From assembly GCA_964106915.2 (NCBI GenBank), contig OZ066921.1: DNA of 64,000 nt. One strand, 5' to 3'. A program made the translations under genes and the position numbers. The notes under the pieces are model-generated. The model saw nothing but the letters and a program-made list of their open reading frames with translations. It was not told the origin of the DNA and ran no database searches. Below are positions 1 through 12,128 of the stretch, one piece after another. The stretch comes from Podarcis gaigeae (lineage: Eukaryota). The number at the start of each line of letters is the position of its first letter. The first letter of the stretch is position 1.

Positions 1-489
1 CGCTAATCTCTTTTTCTGTCATTTGATCCAAGAAGTTAATCTTCCTGTACTTTGTGTTCACAAAGCCAGTAATGTCAGATAATCCGTTTCGCAAATATCA
101 CAGTTAGAGGAGGAATTTTGTCAAGCGTCAGGACTGGAAGAAAACCATTGGGTCATTTTGTCCAACGCCCCACCATGAGCTCACCCACTGTGAGCTCGTC
201 CACACTTCTGCTTGCTCCACCACTTACCCGCAGGGAAACCTGTTCTTTACCACTGAATCATAGCAAATGGCAACTGGGTTTTCTTCAGGTTGATGTTTAC
301 TCCGATTCAGCTCTGAAACAGTGGGTTTTCTCAGGGAAAGCAGCAGGTCAAATAGAAAAAATACTCAGACCTCTGCCTAGAAAGCATGGGCCTAGTGGAA
401 AACCTAGGCCAAGGGTGGGAAGTGTATACAAAAGCATGGGAGATCTTGGATACCTCTGTTCTTCCAGACTTCTGTTTTTGGGAACATAG

Positions 490-844
490 GTAAAGGTAAA
501 GGTACCCCTGCCCGTACGGCCCAGTCGTGTCCGACTCTAGGGTTGTGCGCCCATCTCACTTAAGAGGTCAGGGGCCAGCACTGTCCGAGGACACTTCTGG
601 GTCACGTGGCCAGCATGACAAGCTGCATCTGGCGAACCAGCACAGCACACGGAAACGCCGTTTACCTTCCTGCCAGTAAGCGGTCCCTATTTATCTACTT
701 ACACCCGGGGGTGCTTTCGAACTGCTAGGTTGGCAGGCGCTGGGACCGAGCAGCGGGAGCACACCCCACCGCGGGGATTCGAACCTCCGACCTGACGATC
801 GGCAAGTCCTAGGCGCTGACGTTTTACCCACAGCGCCACCCGCG
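490..844 (-). mobile_element. Sauria SINE, near full length (subtype B)
   Basis: Reverse complement reads acgcgggtggcgctgtgggtaaaac...GGTTCGAATCCC (B box)...cagggGTACCTTTACCTTTAC tail. 13-bp TSD tttgggaacatag at 477-489 and 845-857. Confidence 0.93.
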
Positions 845-859
845 TTTGGGAACATAGCT

Positions 860-3810
860 CCCAGTAATTAATTTGGCTGGTCCGCGACTCACCAAGCTGA
901 CCACCACCAGGGCCCTGACGTGGCTCAATTGGCTAACTGATTGGGAAGGCTCTGGGAATTTTACCTATATCTCCCTGCAGGGAAATAGTATGGTGGACTA
1001 TATTCTGATACCCACTAATTTGATGCCCTATGTGGCTGAGTTTTACATAGGTGATCCTATGCTCAGTGACCATCTCCCTCTACATCGCAAACTTGTCTTT
1101 CCATCGAGGAAGTCAGAACAGTTAATTAATCCATCCCCCCAGGAACCGAGTCTCCAGCACGCAAGGATACAAGTTAACGAGCATACACTATCTCTTTTCC
1201 AAAGCTTGGTGAATTTTGACCATGTGATTCATTTGTTTTCGGTAGAGAAAGGTGAACTTTCCTCTGTTGTTGGAGTCACTCGATTTGAGGAATTTATTGA
1301 CACTTTAAGAACTGTCTCATTTACACTTGCAGAGGCCACCAAAGAAGAGGGGGATTGACGATTGGACTGACAAAGAAATCATAGCAATTAAAACTGAGGT
1401 CAGGAGAACCTATAGAGAGTTCAGAGAGACAGGCAGCTCTCGATTGCCTGACATTTACTTCTCCAGATCTCGACAACTTAGGGAAACTATCCAGCTCAGC
1501 CGGATAATATATAGTCAGGCATGTTGGGATATGCTACTCTCAACCATCCTAAAGAAAGATCATAAGAAATTTTGGGAGGCTGTAGCAGACTCCCCACAGA
1601 CACAGGATGATTCGCTGACGTTGATTCCATCATTGTCATGGGTAGAGCATTTTAAGGCGGTTTTCTTCAATGACTGTATTCCACCTGATAGTCAGGACCA
1701 TGCCAATTTTACTTTCGTGGATGAGTGGGCCCCTGTCTCCATCACCAAAGTTATAACTCTAATTGACCAGATGAAAGCAGGAAAGGCTGCCGGCCTGATG
1801 CTATTCCATCTGAATTGATCAAAGCCAAGCCAGAGTGGTGGGCTCCGATACTAGCGGAACTATTCACTATGATAGATAGATCTGGTATCATACCAAACTC
1901 ATGGCAGCAATCTATAATTATCCCAATCTTTAAAAAGGGTGACAAAAAGCTGCCATCTAATTATCGACCAACAAGTCTACTGTCAAACATTGGGAAATTG
2001 TATGCTAAACATCAGTTAAATAAACTAACTACCTGGCTTGATGAGAATAACATCATAGGTCCAGAGCAGGCAGGGTTCAGGCCGGGGAAATCTACTTTAC
2101 ACAACTGTTTGGTGTTATTTCATTTAGCCACTAAGTACAAGCGACATTCTTTATGAAGTTGCTAAATAAAGCGACTTCATAAAGAATGTCTTTATGTGGC
2201 CTTCCTTGATATCAAGGCTGCTTTTGACACTGTCAACAGGGGGCTGTTATGGTCCAAACTGGAGACAATGGGCCTAGAACCTAGATTACTTTACTTGATC
2301 AAAAAGCTTTACACAAAGAACACCTGTCGCATAAGAACAACACCAGGGAATGTAATGACAGATCCTGTCGTTGTAAACAGAGGTATAAAGGGCTGTGTAC
2401 TCGCTCTCTCTCTTTTTAATCTTTTTCTTAAGGACCTCGCTTCTTTACTAAAACAGGTGGATGCCCACTGCCCAAAACTCAACGCATCAAGTATTCCCAT
2501 CCTTCTATACGCAGATGATATGATTTTGCTTTCACAGACAAGAATTGGGCTAAAACGTTTGTAAAATTACTGTATTGACTATCAGTCCAGAATGAAATTA
2601 TGCATGAACTTTGATTAAAGCAAAATAATGGTTTTGGGGAATTCATGCAAAAGCTATAGCTGGGTATTTGGTGGAAAACACATCCAGCAGGTATTCGAAT
2701 TCAACTACCAGGGAATCACATTCCATAATGGGCTACTATGGTCCTCGCACCGTGCAACGGCAGTGAACGCCAGTAAGATGTCTATGCAGGCCATAATGCA
2801 TTTCTTTATAACAAGAGGTAATTCACATATCCCCTCTGCCCTCAAGGTCTTCAGCGCCAAAGTTATAGCTCAATTGCTCTATGGCATTCCAGTCTGGCTG
2901 CCAGGGTAGAACGAGTGCAGGCAGCTTTCCTTTTTAAGAATTTTGCCGTCCCACGTTGTGTAGCCTTTGCAGCCTTGTGTCTAGAGGGAGGTCAACACAA
3001 GATAGAGACCATAGCTGGGCGAGATTTCTTACATGCTGGTTAAACATCAGCCTCACAACAGATAAAGACACTCTCCTTAGTGATGTTTTGCTAGATCCCT
3101 TTCTTTCCCCAGGGCTACAACGGTTTAACATAAAGGTACAGCAACTTGGGCTGTCAGTGGAATCTTTGCAATCAATGTCTCCACCATCTGCCAAGGCTAT
3201 AATAAAAACTAGATTGTGGGACATTGAATGCCAGGAACTAACAGCAGCAGCAGAGAAAACATGCTCCCCTCTTAACTTTCAACTTTCTTGGGCACATGAA
3301 ATTAACCACAATTATCTTGAATTTTTGCTTAATCCTCAAGAAAGAAGAGCTTTTTTGCTGGCCAGGTTTAATTCAAATTCTTCAAACCTCCTATGAGGAA
3401 GGTTCTTGAGAATGGTGGAAGGAGAAAGAATTTGCCCATGTGAAGACCATCATGTGGAAACTCTTACACATATGGTTCTTAAATGTAAATTATATGTTGG
3501 TCTCCGCCAGCAGTTCCTAGATCAACTCTGCATCCCCAAATGGAAACCAGAGTTAGAGGTCATATATTTTCTATTTTGGGGGAATAATCAGGAGCTCACC
3601 AAGTCAGTGGCTAAATATCTTTATCTGGTTTTTGTTGTCGAAACACATTGCAGACGTCTGATCTCCCTGGAGACCTAGACATGTAATGTTAGACTGCTCT
3701 GCCTCTTTCATCTGACAAATGTTTTGTGTCACTGGGAAGGCGGTAATTCTGTACTAATTTGCTATGGATGTTTGTATGCCATGCCAATAAAAGGTTTGAT
3801 GATGATGATG
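860..3810 (+). mobile_element. Degraded non-LTR retrotransposon (LINE) ORF2, RTE-X-like
   Basis: Frameshifted ORFs from 873 to 3678 carry the APE endonuclease C-terminus (FTY..VDYI..SDHLP), RT motifs (PIFKKGDK..NYRP, QAGFR, FLDIKAAFDTV, YADD) and a C-terminal CPC..E...H....C..Y zinc knuckle. Ends AATAAAaggttt(GAT)n at about 3786-3810. The clade assignment is inference. Confidence 0.88.
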
Positions 3811-4467
3811 AAAACCTATTGGACACACCTTTTAGGCACAGGACAAACAAAGTGTGGGCAAATCCTTAGGCAATGCGGATGCCTGTCCTACATCAGTAGC
3901 CACCAGCCGGATGGCTGAACAAGAACAAAAGCCCAAGTGCGGAGAGGAAGCCTCAGCCTTTGTTCTTGGCAGTAGAAGGAGCCCGGCCCTTTCTGCCCAT
4001 CCATCCCTGCCCATTCAGCCACCCCTGGGCTCTCAGCCTCCTGGAGCAGGCCTGGCTGCTTTCCAGTCTCCCAGCAGAAGGTTACCGTTGGACGGAGACT
4101 GGTGTCTTAGCAGGAAGGGTTTGGTTTACAGGGTGTGCCAGATCCCTGCAGAGTCAGATTTAATCTTCCTATAGAAGCTTCTGGCTGATGCCAGTTCAGG
4201 GGCTGCTCACTTTTCCTGCCCCTTCCCTTGCCCATCCTTCTCCCTCCAAGGCCAAGCCTTCTCCTGCCTTATGCAGACTCTGCTAGATCAAAGGGCGAGG
4301 CATGCCCACATAAAAGAGATCACAAGAGTCAAAGAGGGAAGGGGGACAAGGAAAGCTTCTTAGCATCTATGTTTCCTAGCATTTTGGACTATAGTACCAA
4401 GTTACCCAACCAGTGAGCACTGGCCTATGTAGTGCTCCCCCTTTCTGCATTTCTCTGCCCATGCACA

Positions 4468-4614
4468 CAGTGGCGTAGCGTGGGGGTGCAGGCGGGGCCC
4501 GGCCGCACCGGGCGCATCATCTGGGGGTTAGGGTTAGGGGGCACAAATCCATGGGTTAGGGGGCGCAAATTACTTGCCTTGCCCCGGGTGCTGACAACCC
4601 ACGCTACGCCACTG
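4468..4614. mobile_element. Non-autonomous hAT MITE containing TTAGGG repeats
   Basis: 17-bp perfect TIR cagtggcgtagcgtggg / cccacgctacgccactg. 8-bp TSD catgcaca at 4460-4467 and 4615-4622. Confidence 0.92.
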
Positions 4615-7600
4615 CATGCACAGACCCACAGGCAAATGCCCAGCAGCAAGGTTACCTCTCCAGGGAACAAGAGGCACGGCCTTTCCCTGGATCTCAATGT
4701 AGCAGCCCTTGCAGCTTGCCAGGCTCCCACCCTACTGGGAAGCACCTGGGCAGAGGGCAGCAGTAGGGCAGCGCCCTCTGGAGCTGCTCTTTTGGAAGTC
4801 TGTGACCCAGAGAGAAGGAGCACCAAGAGTTGCCAGAGAGGGTGTGGACATTGGCCATGAAGGTGGTCTTGCAGCTCTGTCACATCTCTTTTGCCAGGTG
4901 GCTCTGGGTCTCTGGTGGTGGCAGTCAAGAGGGGAGCCTGCCATGCCTTGGATGCTGCACCAGGCTGCAGTGAAGCTTTGGGCTGGCATGGGTGGGCAGC
5001 AGCACCTCAGGGCATTGTGTCACACTGCCCTGGGATTGGGATACAAACCCTCTTTCCTGCAGGCATCTTTTGTTTCCTCCACACAGAAGAGCTGTGCTGG
5101 CCGAATAGCTCCTTCCCACACCCGCCCTCTCAGCACACACCTCCATAGGTTGGAGCAGGTGCCTCTCCTGGGAGTTCCCTCCTTTCCTCCTGACAGCAGC
5201 CTTCACACCACACAGCACCCAGCAGTGCAGGACTGGGCTGATCTGCTGCCAGGGAACAACCAGCTCTTCCTGTTGCTTGTGGCTCCTCAAGGAAGCTGGG
5301 CTTGCGACCCCAGGAGGCCCCTGGATCAACAGGAGGTGAGTGAGATGGGAGGCTCTGTGGGAGAAAAGTGTGCGCCTGCCAGTGGGAGAGCATGTGTCTG
5401 TTTCCGCCATGCTGCTTGGATGCCCAGGATCAAAGAGGGAGACACTGACCTGCATTAACAAGTGATCCCTATCGGATGAAAACTCTGCCAGGGATCTGGC
5501 ATAAGGAACAGCAGAGGTAAGGGCCTAGGGGTGTGTTGCAGGGTATTTTACTGCCTGCTTAACTAGTGAAATAAAACCCCACCCTTCTTCCCACAAGATG
5601 GAAGGCGTTGCCCCAACGGCCCCTGGAAGATGAGAGGCAAAGAGGGCAGCTGCTTCCTTCACTGCAGAGAAGCTATACGCTGGCCACCAGATGTGCAGCC
5701 CTGGGCTGTCTTCTGCTTAAGCAGCTGGTGAATGCAGTGGCCACAGAAGGAGAAGTCCAAGGGAGGGTAACAGGGTGGGAGCCCAGTGGAAGATGCAGCA
5801 GGGAGGGAACTGTTTCCAGTCACACAAAAATATTGTGGGTGCATTCATATAGACCTTCCTAAAATTCCAGGTGTCAGATCCGGACTGCTGAGAGCTCATT
5901 GGGCAGAATATGCTCTTGCAGCTTGTCCTGACACAGCTGCCCCTCTTGGAATTAACCCGGCAGTGTGTGAAACTGACTTGTGTGTGGAAAGGGGAGGGAG
6001 CACCTTGCATGGTTCGTCTGTCCAAGAGGCTCTGTTTCTGCTCCCGTGTTGAGGCTGCCAACAACCTGGGGTTTTGCTTTCTTGACATTGGATGTTTTCA
6101 TCTGTGCAGAAGAGGCATTGCTAGCTAGCTAGCTTGCCTTCCCAGATGCCTTAGGTATTACCGTAATTTGCCCTGGCTGCACGAGACTGGCTTCTGAGAT
6201 TGAAGGGCTGAGATAGGAGGTCTATTGCTTCTCTGGAGGCAGCTCAGAAGCCTTTAGTGATTCAGGAGTCTCTGGTGAGGTTTTTTGGATGTAGTGTGTG
6301 TGCGTATGCGTGTGCGTGCACACATGCTTTATTTGCAGTTGGGGGTGTTTAGGTGCTTGCCTATTGTTGATTCTGAGGTTCACCAGTTTTTATTATTTGG
6401 CACTGATATTTTGCGATGCTCATAAGAGATTCTTAGATTCCCAAAAGTGCCTCTTGCACCTGTTCTGTGCTATATTGCTTAATAATTTCATCTTTGATAA
6501 TGCTTCCCACCCGTTTACTCAGAACCAACATTATGCTAACCAGCTTGTAATTCCCCCCTGCATTCCCATTTTTAAAAGGTCAGGTGGCATCTATAATGCA
6601 AGCAACATGGTGGGATTGGCACTGCATGCCACAATGCAGCCCCCTCCCCACCCCACAGGTAAGGAATTCCCAGAAGGATGTCTATTTTAAAAGCATTAGG
6701 GCACTGATTTCCCTTTGGGGGTGGCAGCATTAGTGGCTATAGGCATTTGCTCCCCTGGTCTCTGAGACAGCTCCCACCAAAAACCTCAGAGACTGCCAAG
6801 CTCTGACCCCTCCCCTGCCAACTCCTCACTCAGTTCAGGAACTAGCGGTATGTATGTTTCTTCAAAACCAGTGAAATGAACATGGTGCCCATGAATAATT
6901 TCTGAGCAATTCAAATAGTTTAAGCGTAATAATTTGGAGTACTCCCTGCTAAGGATAGCAGTGATATAAATGTGGGAGAAGGTCTTTCCCAAAGGCTCAT
7001 CTTGTGTTCTCCCTCCCATATATGCTGTGAAGAGAAACCACGTGTCAACAAAATGGTCGCCCTGCACCGCTCTGCATAGAATTCTGTGTTCTTGCCTCTT
7101 TACTGCTTCTGTGTTACTTTTATGATAGTGCAATTTGCCATACTTCATCCAACCTGAGACTGCCACTGATGAGCAATTTCCAGACGGGTAAGATCCAGGA
7201 GAAATACCATGAGATAGCTATGACAAAATAGGGTAGTAAAGGACTACAGTGGGATCAGGATCTACTGGTTGCTTCATAATTCCTGCAATTTCAGTAAGAA
7301 TCCGTGCCCAGAGCACACAGATCCAGGGGCAATGCCACCATGTATAGCAGAATGTCCTCATTTTGCTGCCACTCCTCCAGCATTGTGGAGAAAGGTTTTT
7401 GTTGATGTGCCATAATGGGTTAATCAGGATGCTTGGGATGCAGTACCATCAATATGTTGTTTTGAGCACATCTTTATGAAGTGGGGCTCTCAGGAGCTGC
7501 CTAGACCCATATCCCCTGCCATTTTGTCTTCTGCCCATACCCAATTCCCAGGTTTCCATCAGGTCAGTTGTTTCTCTACAATTCCTATTTAACCTTTCTT

Positions 7601-7936
7601 TATATGACTGACAACACACCCTTTCAAAGTGACAGCTGAATATGCACATGTATATTTAGAAAACATCATGGACCTAAGAACATTATCTGTTCTGGCCAAC
7701 TTATTTGCAAAAGCCAGAATTTGTCCGAGTTGTCCAAGCTGATCAAAACCAATGGATTTGATCAGCCCTTACTTAGCCTGTCTACAAGTGCTTTTCCAGT
7801 TAGCACTCAAACAGCTCTCCAGTTCTGAATACAGGATGGGTGTTGAAAGGTCTTGGCCCTAGGAGCATAGTGGTTCAATTCTCTGAAATGTGTTCTCTTT
7901 CTCTCTCTTTACCCTCCCTCAAGGCTTTGGGCTGCC

Positions 7937-9133
7937 ATGCTGAAGCTGACCAGGTTAATAGTTCTTGTGATCTTGGCGATACACGTCATTGCCCTCACCT
8001 TCTGGTTTCAGCTTCATGGCAGGAAATGTCCCCTGGCGCAGGAGCCATCCCAGGTGCACATTCTCATCCTCTCCTCCTGGAGGTCAGGGTCTTCTTTCGT
8101 CGGGCAGATCTTCAGCCAACACCCTGATGCCTTCTACATGATGGAGCCAGCCTGGCACATCTGGGCAACCATGTACCAAAACAGCGCCAAGGTCCTGCAC
8201 ATGGCAGTGCGGGACCTCATCCGGTCAGTCTTCAAGTGCGACATGTCAGTCTTCGATGCCTACCTTCCACAGAAGAGAAATGTGTCAGAACTCTTCCAGT
8301 GGGAGGTCAGCCGGGCCCTGTGTTCCCCACCAGTGTGCAACTCCTTCCAGCGCAGTGACTTCATCTCCAAGCATGCCTGCAAGATGCTCTGTAGGAAATC
8401 CCCCTTCAGCAAAGTCGAAGAGGCCTGCAGGTCTTACAGCCATGTTGTCCTGAAGGTGGTCCGGATCTTTGACCTCAAGGTGCTCTATCCTCTCCTTAAT
8501 GACCCCTCCCTGAACCTCAAAATCATCCACCTGGTCCGTGACCCCAGAGCCGTTTTCCACTCTCGCAAGAACACAGAAGGTAGCCTGGCCCGGGACACGA
8601 GGATTGTGCTGAGACACAAGAGGAATGCAATGGATACCGAGCCCTACGCTGCCATGCGGGAGATTTGCAAAAGTCATGTTGAGATTTACACTGAAGGCAG
8701 GCAGGCCCTTCCCAGCACCTTCCAAGATCGCTACCTCTTGGTGCGGTATGAAGATATTGCCAGCAATCCCTTGGCTAAAGCTGCTCAGCTCTACAGTTTT
8801 GCAGGACTGCCCTTCTCTCCTAACCTTCAGTCCTGGGTGCACAACATCACCCATGGGCAGGGCCTTGGCAAGCAGGCCTTTGATGTTGACTCCAGGGATG
8901 CAGTGAATGTGTCACAGGCTTGGAGGAAGGCCCTTCCTTATCTCCAAATAGCAAAGCTGCAAGAGGTCTGTAAGGATGCCTTGAAGTTACTGGGCTATCC
9001 GCTAGTTAGGTCTGAGGAAGAGCAGAAGAATATGGCCTCAGACCTCTTTTATGCCCAAACGCCTCTTGTCAATCAGGAAAGCAAAAGGAGCCTGGAAGCA
9101 TCACCTGCAATTTATTGGACTTGGACCAGATGA
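7937..9133 (+). CDS. CHST4: Carbohydrate (GlcNAc-6-O) sulfotransferase 4-like, single coding exon, 398 aa
   Basis: N-terminal type II TM segment, 5'-[14 protein letters not shown] and 3'-[11 protein letters not shown]. The C-terminal half has CHST4-type residues (FQWE, RYLLVRYED, LQSWVHNIT, LPY..., VRSEEEQ). Polypyrimidine acceptor ending AG at 7923 and Kozak gccATG. Confidence 0.85.
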   Translation: MLKLTRLIVLVILAIHVIALTFWFQLHGRKCPLAQEPSQVHILILSSWRSGSSFVGQIFSQHPDAFYMMEPAWHIWATMYQNSAKVLHMAVRDLIRSVFKCDMSVFDAYLPQKRNVSELFQWEVSRALCSPPVCNSFQRSDFISKHACKMLCRKSPFSKVEEACRSYSHVVLKVVRIFDLKVLYPLLNDPSLNLKIIHLVRDPRAVFHSRKNTEGSLARDTRIVLRHKRNAMDTEPYAAMREICKSHVEIYTEGRQALPSTFQDRYLLVRYEDIASNPLAKAAQLYSFAGLPFSPNLQSWVHNITHGQGLGKQAFDVDSRDAVNVSQAWRKALPYLQIAKLQEVCKDALKLLGYPLVRSEEEQKNMASDLFYAQTPLVNQESKRSLEASPAIYWTWTR

Positions 9134-9250
9134 GACATCAGAAGCTTCCTAACACTATTGGTCCATTCGGCTCACTATTTTCCACACTGACTGGCAGTGG
9201 CTCTGCCAGCAAGATGGCAGCTTGAACTGTTCCTGAAATACAGCAGTCAT

Positions 9251-9252
<2 letters not shown>

Positions 9253-9282
<30 letters not shown>
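9253..9282 (+). repeat. Poly(A) tract, 30 nt
   Basis: Uninterrupted A run 120 nt after the CHST4-like stop codon. Confidence 0.95.
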
Positions 9283-9284
<2 letters not shown>

Positions 9285-9754
9285 AAAAAATGCAACAGCC
9301 CACAAGGGAGAAGTTTGCCCAGCTCGTCACAGAATCTTGTCACTTCCATTTCTGCAAGTTTGCAGCCTGTTACAGCTGAAATTACGCCCAGGGACAGGGA
9401 TCTGGACACAGCAATGGAATCACCTCTTCCCTTTCTGTTTGAAAAGCTGGGGGGACAGATGGGCTTGGCTTACATTCAGGCCCTGAATCCAACAAGCACC
9501 CTTTCATAATATGGTCTCTTAATGGTAATATGGTCTGTTTTGCAGACTAGCACACTTATTAAGGCATAGGCTGTGTTAATTGGATTACCAGTGCCAGAAT
9601 GTTTGTGTGGTAACTAGGTTTTGTGGGAATGGCCAGTGTAAATGACATAAAAATCAATTTCTGTACTTTTCTGCATTTTCTTCCCTTCTGACTTAACTGT
9701 TGACAATTCCTACTCCTGAGCTGTGTATGTTTGTACCTGTAACTCAGGATAACA

Positions 9755-9852
9755 CCTTGTGCATCTGATGAAGCCAACTGCAGTTCACAAAAGCTTATGC
9801 CAAAATAAATTTCTAAGTTGTTAAGGTGCCAGAAGACTCTTTGTTGGTTCTG
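9755..9852 (+). mobile_element. Penelope-like element terminal fragment with degenerate hammerhead core
   Basis: catCTGATGAagccaactgcagttcacAAAAgcttatgcc..aataaattt..taaggtgcca resembles the reptilian Penelope terminal repeat. The GAAA strand of the core is mutated. Confidence 0.65.
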
Positions 9853-10039
9853 CTATAAGAGACTAATAAAACTAATCCTAAACCCTCTGTGGGAAATAAG
9901 CTCAATAACTGTCAGTCTGGCTAACTGGCAGACATCTCATACAAACCTGAGCATAGAGGCACCCAGAGACTCCCCCAGATCCTACAAAGGCAGAGTCAAG
10001 GGTCGTTTCTGTGCAGGGGCCAGTGCAGAAATGTAGCCC

Positions 10040-10600
10040 CCACAATGCCTTCAACTCATGAGAGTAACTGAGGAAGATTGGGAGGGGGGGGGCTACAAAT
10101 GAGAGGATTTCTGTGGTTCTTCGTCTCATCCAATCTAGCAGTCCAGTGTCTGCAACTTTCAAACTCACCCGGAGCATCCTTACAAGCCACAACGGAGAGC
10201 TATTGCTAACTCCCAAAAAATCAAGCCTTCTTAAAAGTGCATATCTACTGAAAGAGTTCCTACAGAAAGCCTTGGTATATTTCTCACAATGCAATGACCA
10301 GGAGAAGGTTAGAGAAGCAGGGTATAAAATGTTGGCCCAAAGTACAAGCACCAAGTCAAGAGTGTCTTCCATGATGTTGAGAGTCCTTGGCCATGCTGGG
10401 TGATGGCAAAATTAGGTTTGGTTCAATGGCTTGTATGTGTGAAAGAGCATGAAGTCTGTGGTTGGATGAAAGGAAATGCCAAAGGGCATTGATCCCCTTG
10501 GCTGGGGAATCAGCTGTCAAGAGATAGTTGACCTCCTGTGTGAGGAAAATAAGCCTTTATTGTAGATCTTGAAGCACCTCCCGGTGAAGCAAAAAGAGGC
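10040..10600 (-). mobile_element. Old L2/CR1-group LINE ORF2 fragment (endonuclease end plus linker)
   Basis: Minus ORF 9902-10372 has TLDLVL...FSWSLH (cf. TLDLVF...LSWxDH), RRLDFLG and W....(L)..VAP in the order and spacing of L2 ORF2. Confidence 0.55.
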
Positions 10601-11347
10601 CTCAGATTTCCCAAAGCTGTAAAGTCCCTGACACAATGGGGGCCCTTAACAGCTCATGAGCAAGGCAAAATGAGGTCCTCATTCTTATAGCAAAACACAT
10701 ATATTTTAAAGTAACAGTACTAGTAAAAACTAATTAAGACCAATAGTCAGCGCTTACAAAAACTCATTCCTTTTTCTAACCAAATACCCACAGTCCAAAC
10801 CACTCCTTTCTTGACAGTAAACACTAAGTGCCAGCCCAAAACAAAATATTTCTTTTGTGCAGTTTTTCTCCAACCGCCACCCCTCCCATAGTCCTCTTTT
10901 CATTATCCATAGAATGCTCTCATCCTGAGCAGTGGCATAGCAACGTCCGATGGTACCCAGTGTGGAAAATTTCTTGTCACCCCCACACACATTGAAATTC
11001 TTAAAAGAAGGGGAAATAAGTGTTATTTTCTGGTTTATTTACTTAACATTGTGAGCATAAGCACTTAAAATCTTTTTTTCCTAACTTTGTTCTCTGCAAA
11101 TTTTGAAATCACATCATTAAAATCAATTCTTTGCTACTTTGTTTTCAGTTGACAAGATGGCTAAGCCAGAGAGCTTTGCTGATCCCTGTGGGAATGTTCA
11201 GGGAGGCAGGAGAGGATATATTGTTTAATCATATCCTTCCCAACCTGTGTTAACAAGTTCTATGATTTAGCAGAGTAACATTCCCCTTTTAAACTTACAC
11301 AGCGGATAGATTTGCCAGGCTTGAATAAGCCTCTAAAATAAGTTTCC

Positions 11348-11351
<4 letters not shown>

Positions 11352-11396
<45 letters not shown>

Positions 11397-11690
11397 TGTA
11401 CCCCACCCATCTGGCTGGGCTTCCCCAGCCACTCTGGGCGGCTTCCAACAAAGATGAAAGATACACTAAAATGTCACATATTAAAAACTTCCCTGAACAG
11501 GGCTGCCTTCAGATGTCTTCTGAATGTCAGGTAGATGTTTATCGCTTTGACATCTGATGGGAGGGCGTTCCACAGGGCGGGCACCACTACCGAGAAGGCC
11601 CTCTGCCTGGTTCCCTGTAACTTGGCCTCTCTCAGTGAGAGAACCGCCAGAAGGCCCTCGGAGTTGGACCTCAGTGTCTGGGCAGAACGG
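11352..11690 (-). mobile_element. L2 LINE 3' end with (TTA)n tail
   Basis: Minus translation RAFSVVVPALWNALP...FRRHLKAALF is the L2 ORF2 C-terminus. (TAA)n microsatellite at 11352-11397. Confidence 0.88.
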
Positions 11691-12128
11691 AGCTGGACCG
11701 CAGTGTCCGGGCAGAGTCCGGGTAATTCCCCTTTAATCCCCTTTAAAAGAATAGACATGACACAGTCTTGTATAAAAGTATATAAAATAGTTTACTCACA
11801 TGGCTTATACAGGAAATGTTGTACAGAGGCTCATGTTTCCTCATGCTATGATTATGAGAATGGAAAAGGCTGCTGTGATGGGGATTTTGTGGAAGGACCA
11901 GGAAACAGGAGCCTGTCTGGCCCTATGCATGTTATGCATGTTCGCTGGTGTGATTTTTACAGAGTTCAACTGGGGCTTACTCCCATTTGCACTCACTTCC
12001 TCTACTTTTTCTGTTGCCTCCCTTACTTCAAACTACTATATGGACAGCAAATGCATAATGGCAGGGCAAAATTGTCTTGTTACTCTATAATACTTGATGC
12101 CCATAAACAATGCATGGTGCCCATGATG

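Noticed and set aside
3854-6128. ORFs of up to 249 aa upstream of CHST4
   Set aside because: No recognisable homology or exon structure, and one crosses a MITE.
8456-8458. KEVR to KVVR change in the CHST4-like protein as an inactivating mutation
   Set aside because: This position varies among Gal/GlcNAc-6-sulfotransferase paralogues, and the flanking K and R and both PAPS motifs are intact.
8285-8854. Antisense ORFs over the CHST genes (also 57079-57366)
   Set aside because: In-register shadows of GC3-rich coding strands.
7937-9133. Calling this gene CHST5 or a second CHST6
   Set aside because: CHST6 similarity is confined to the converted core; the C-terminal half resembles CHST4.
9902-10560. 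Possible endogenous viral element (bornavirus N or hepadnavirus core) suggested by scattered residue matches on both strands
   Set aside because: The matches are weak and appear on either strand. The ordered motifs TLDLVL, SWSxH, RRL-D and W...AP fit an L2/CR1 ORF2 better. HHpred would settle it.
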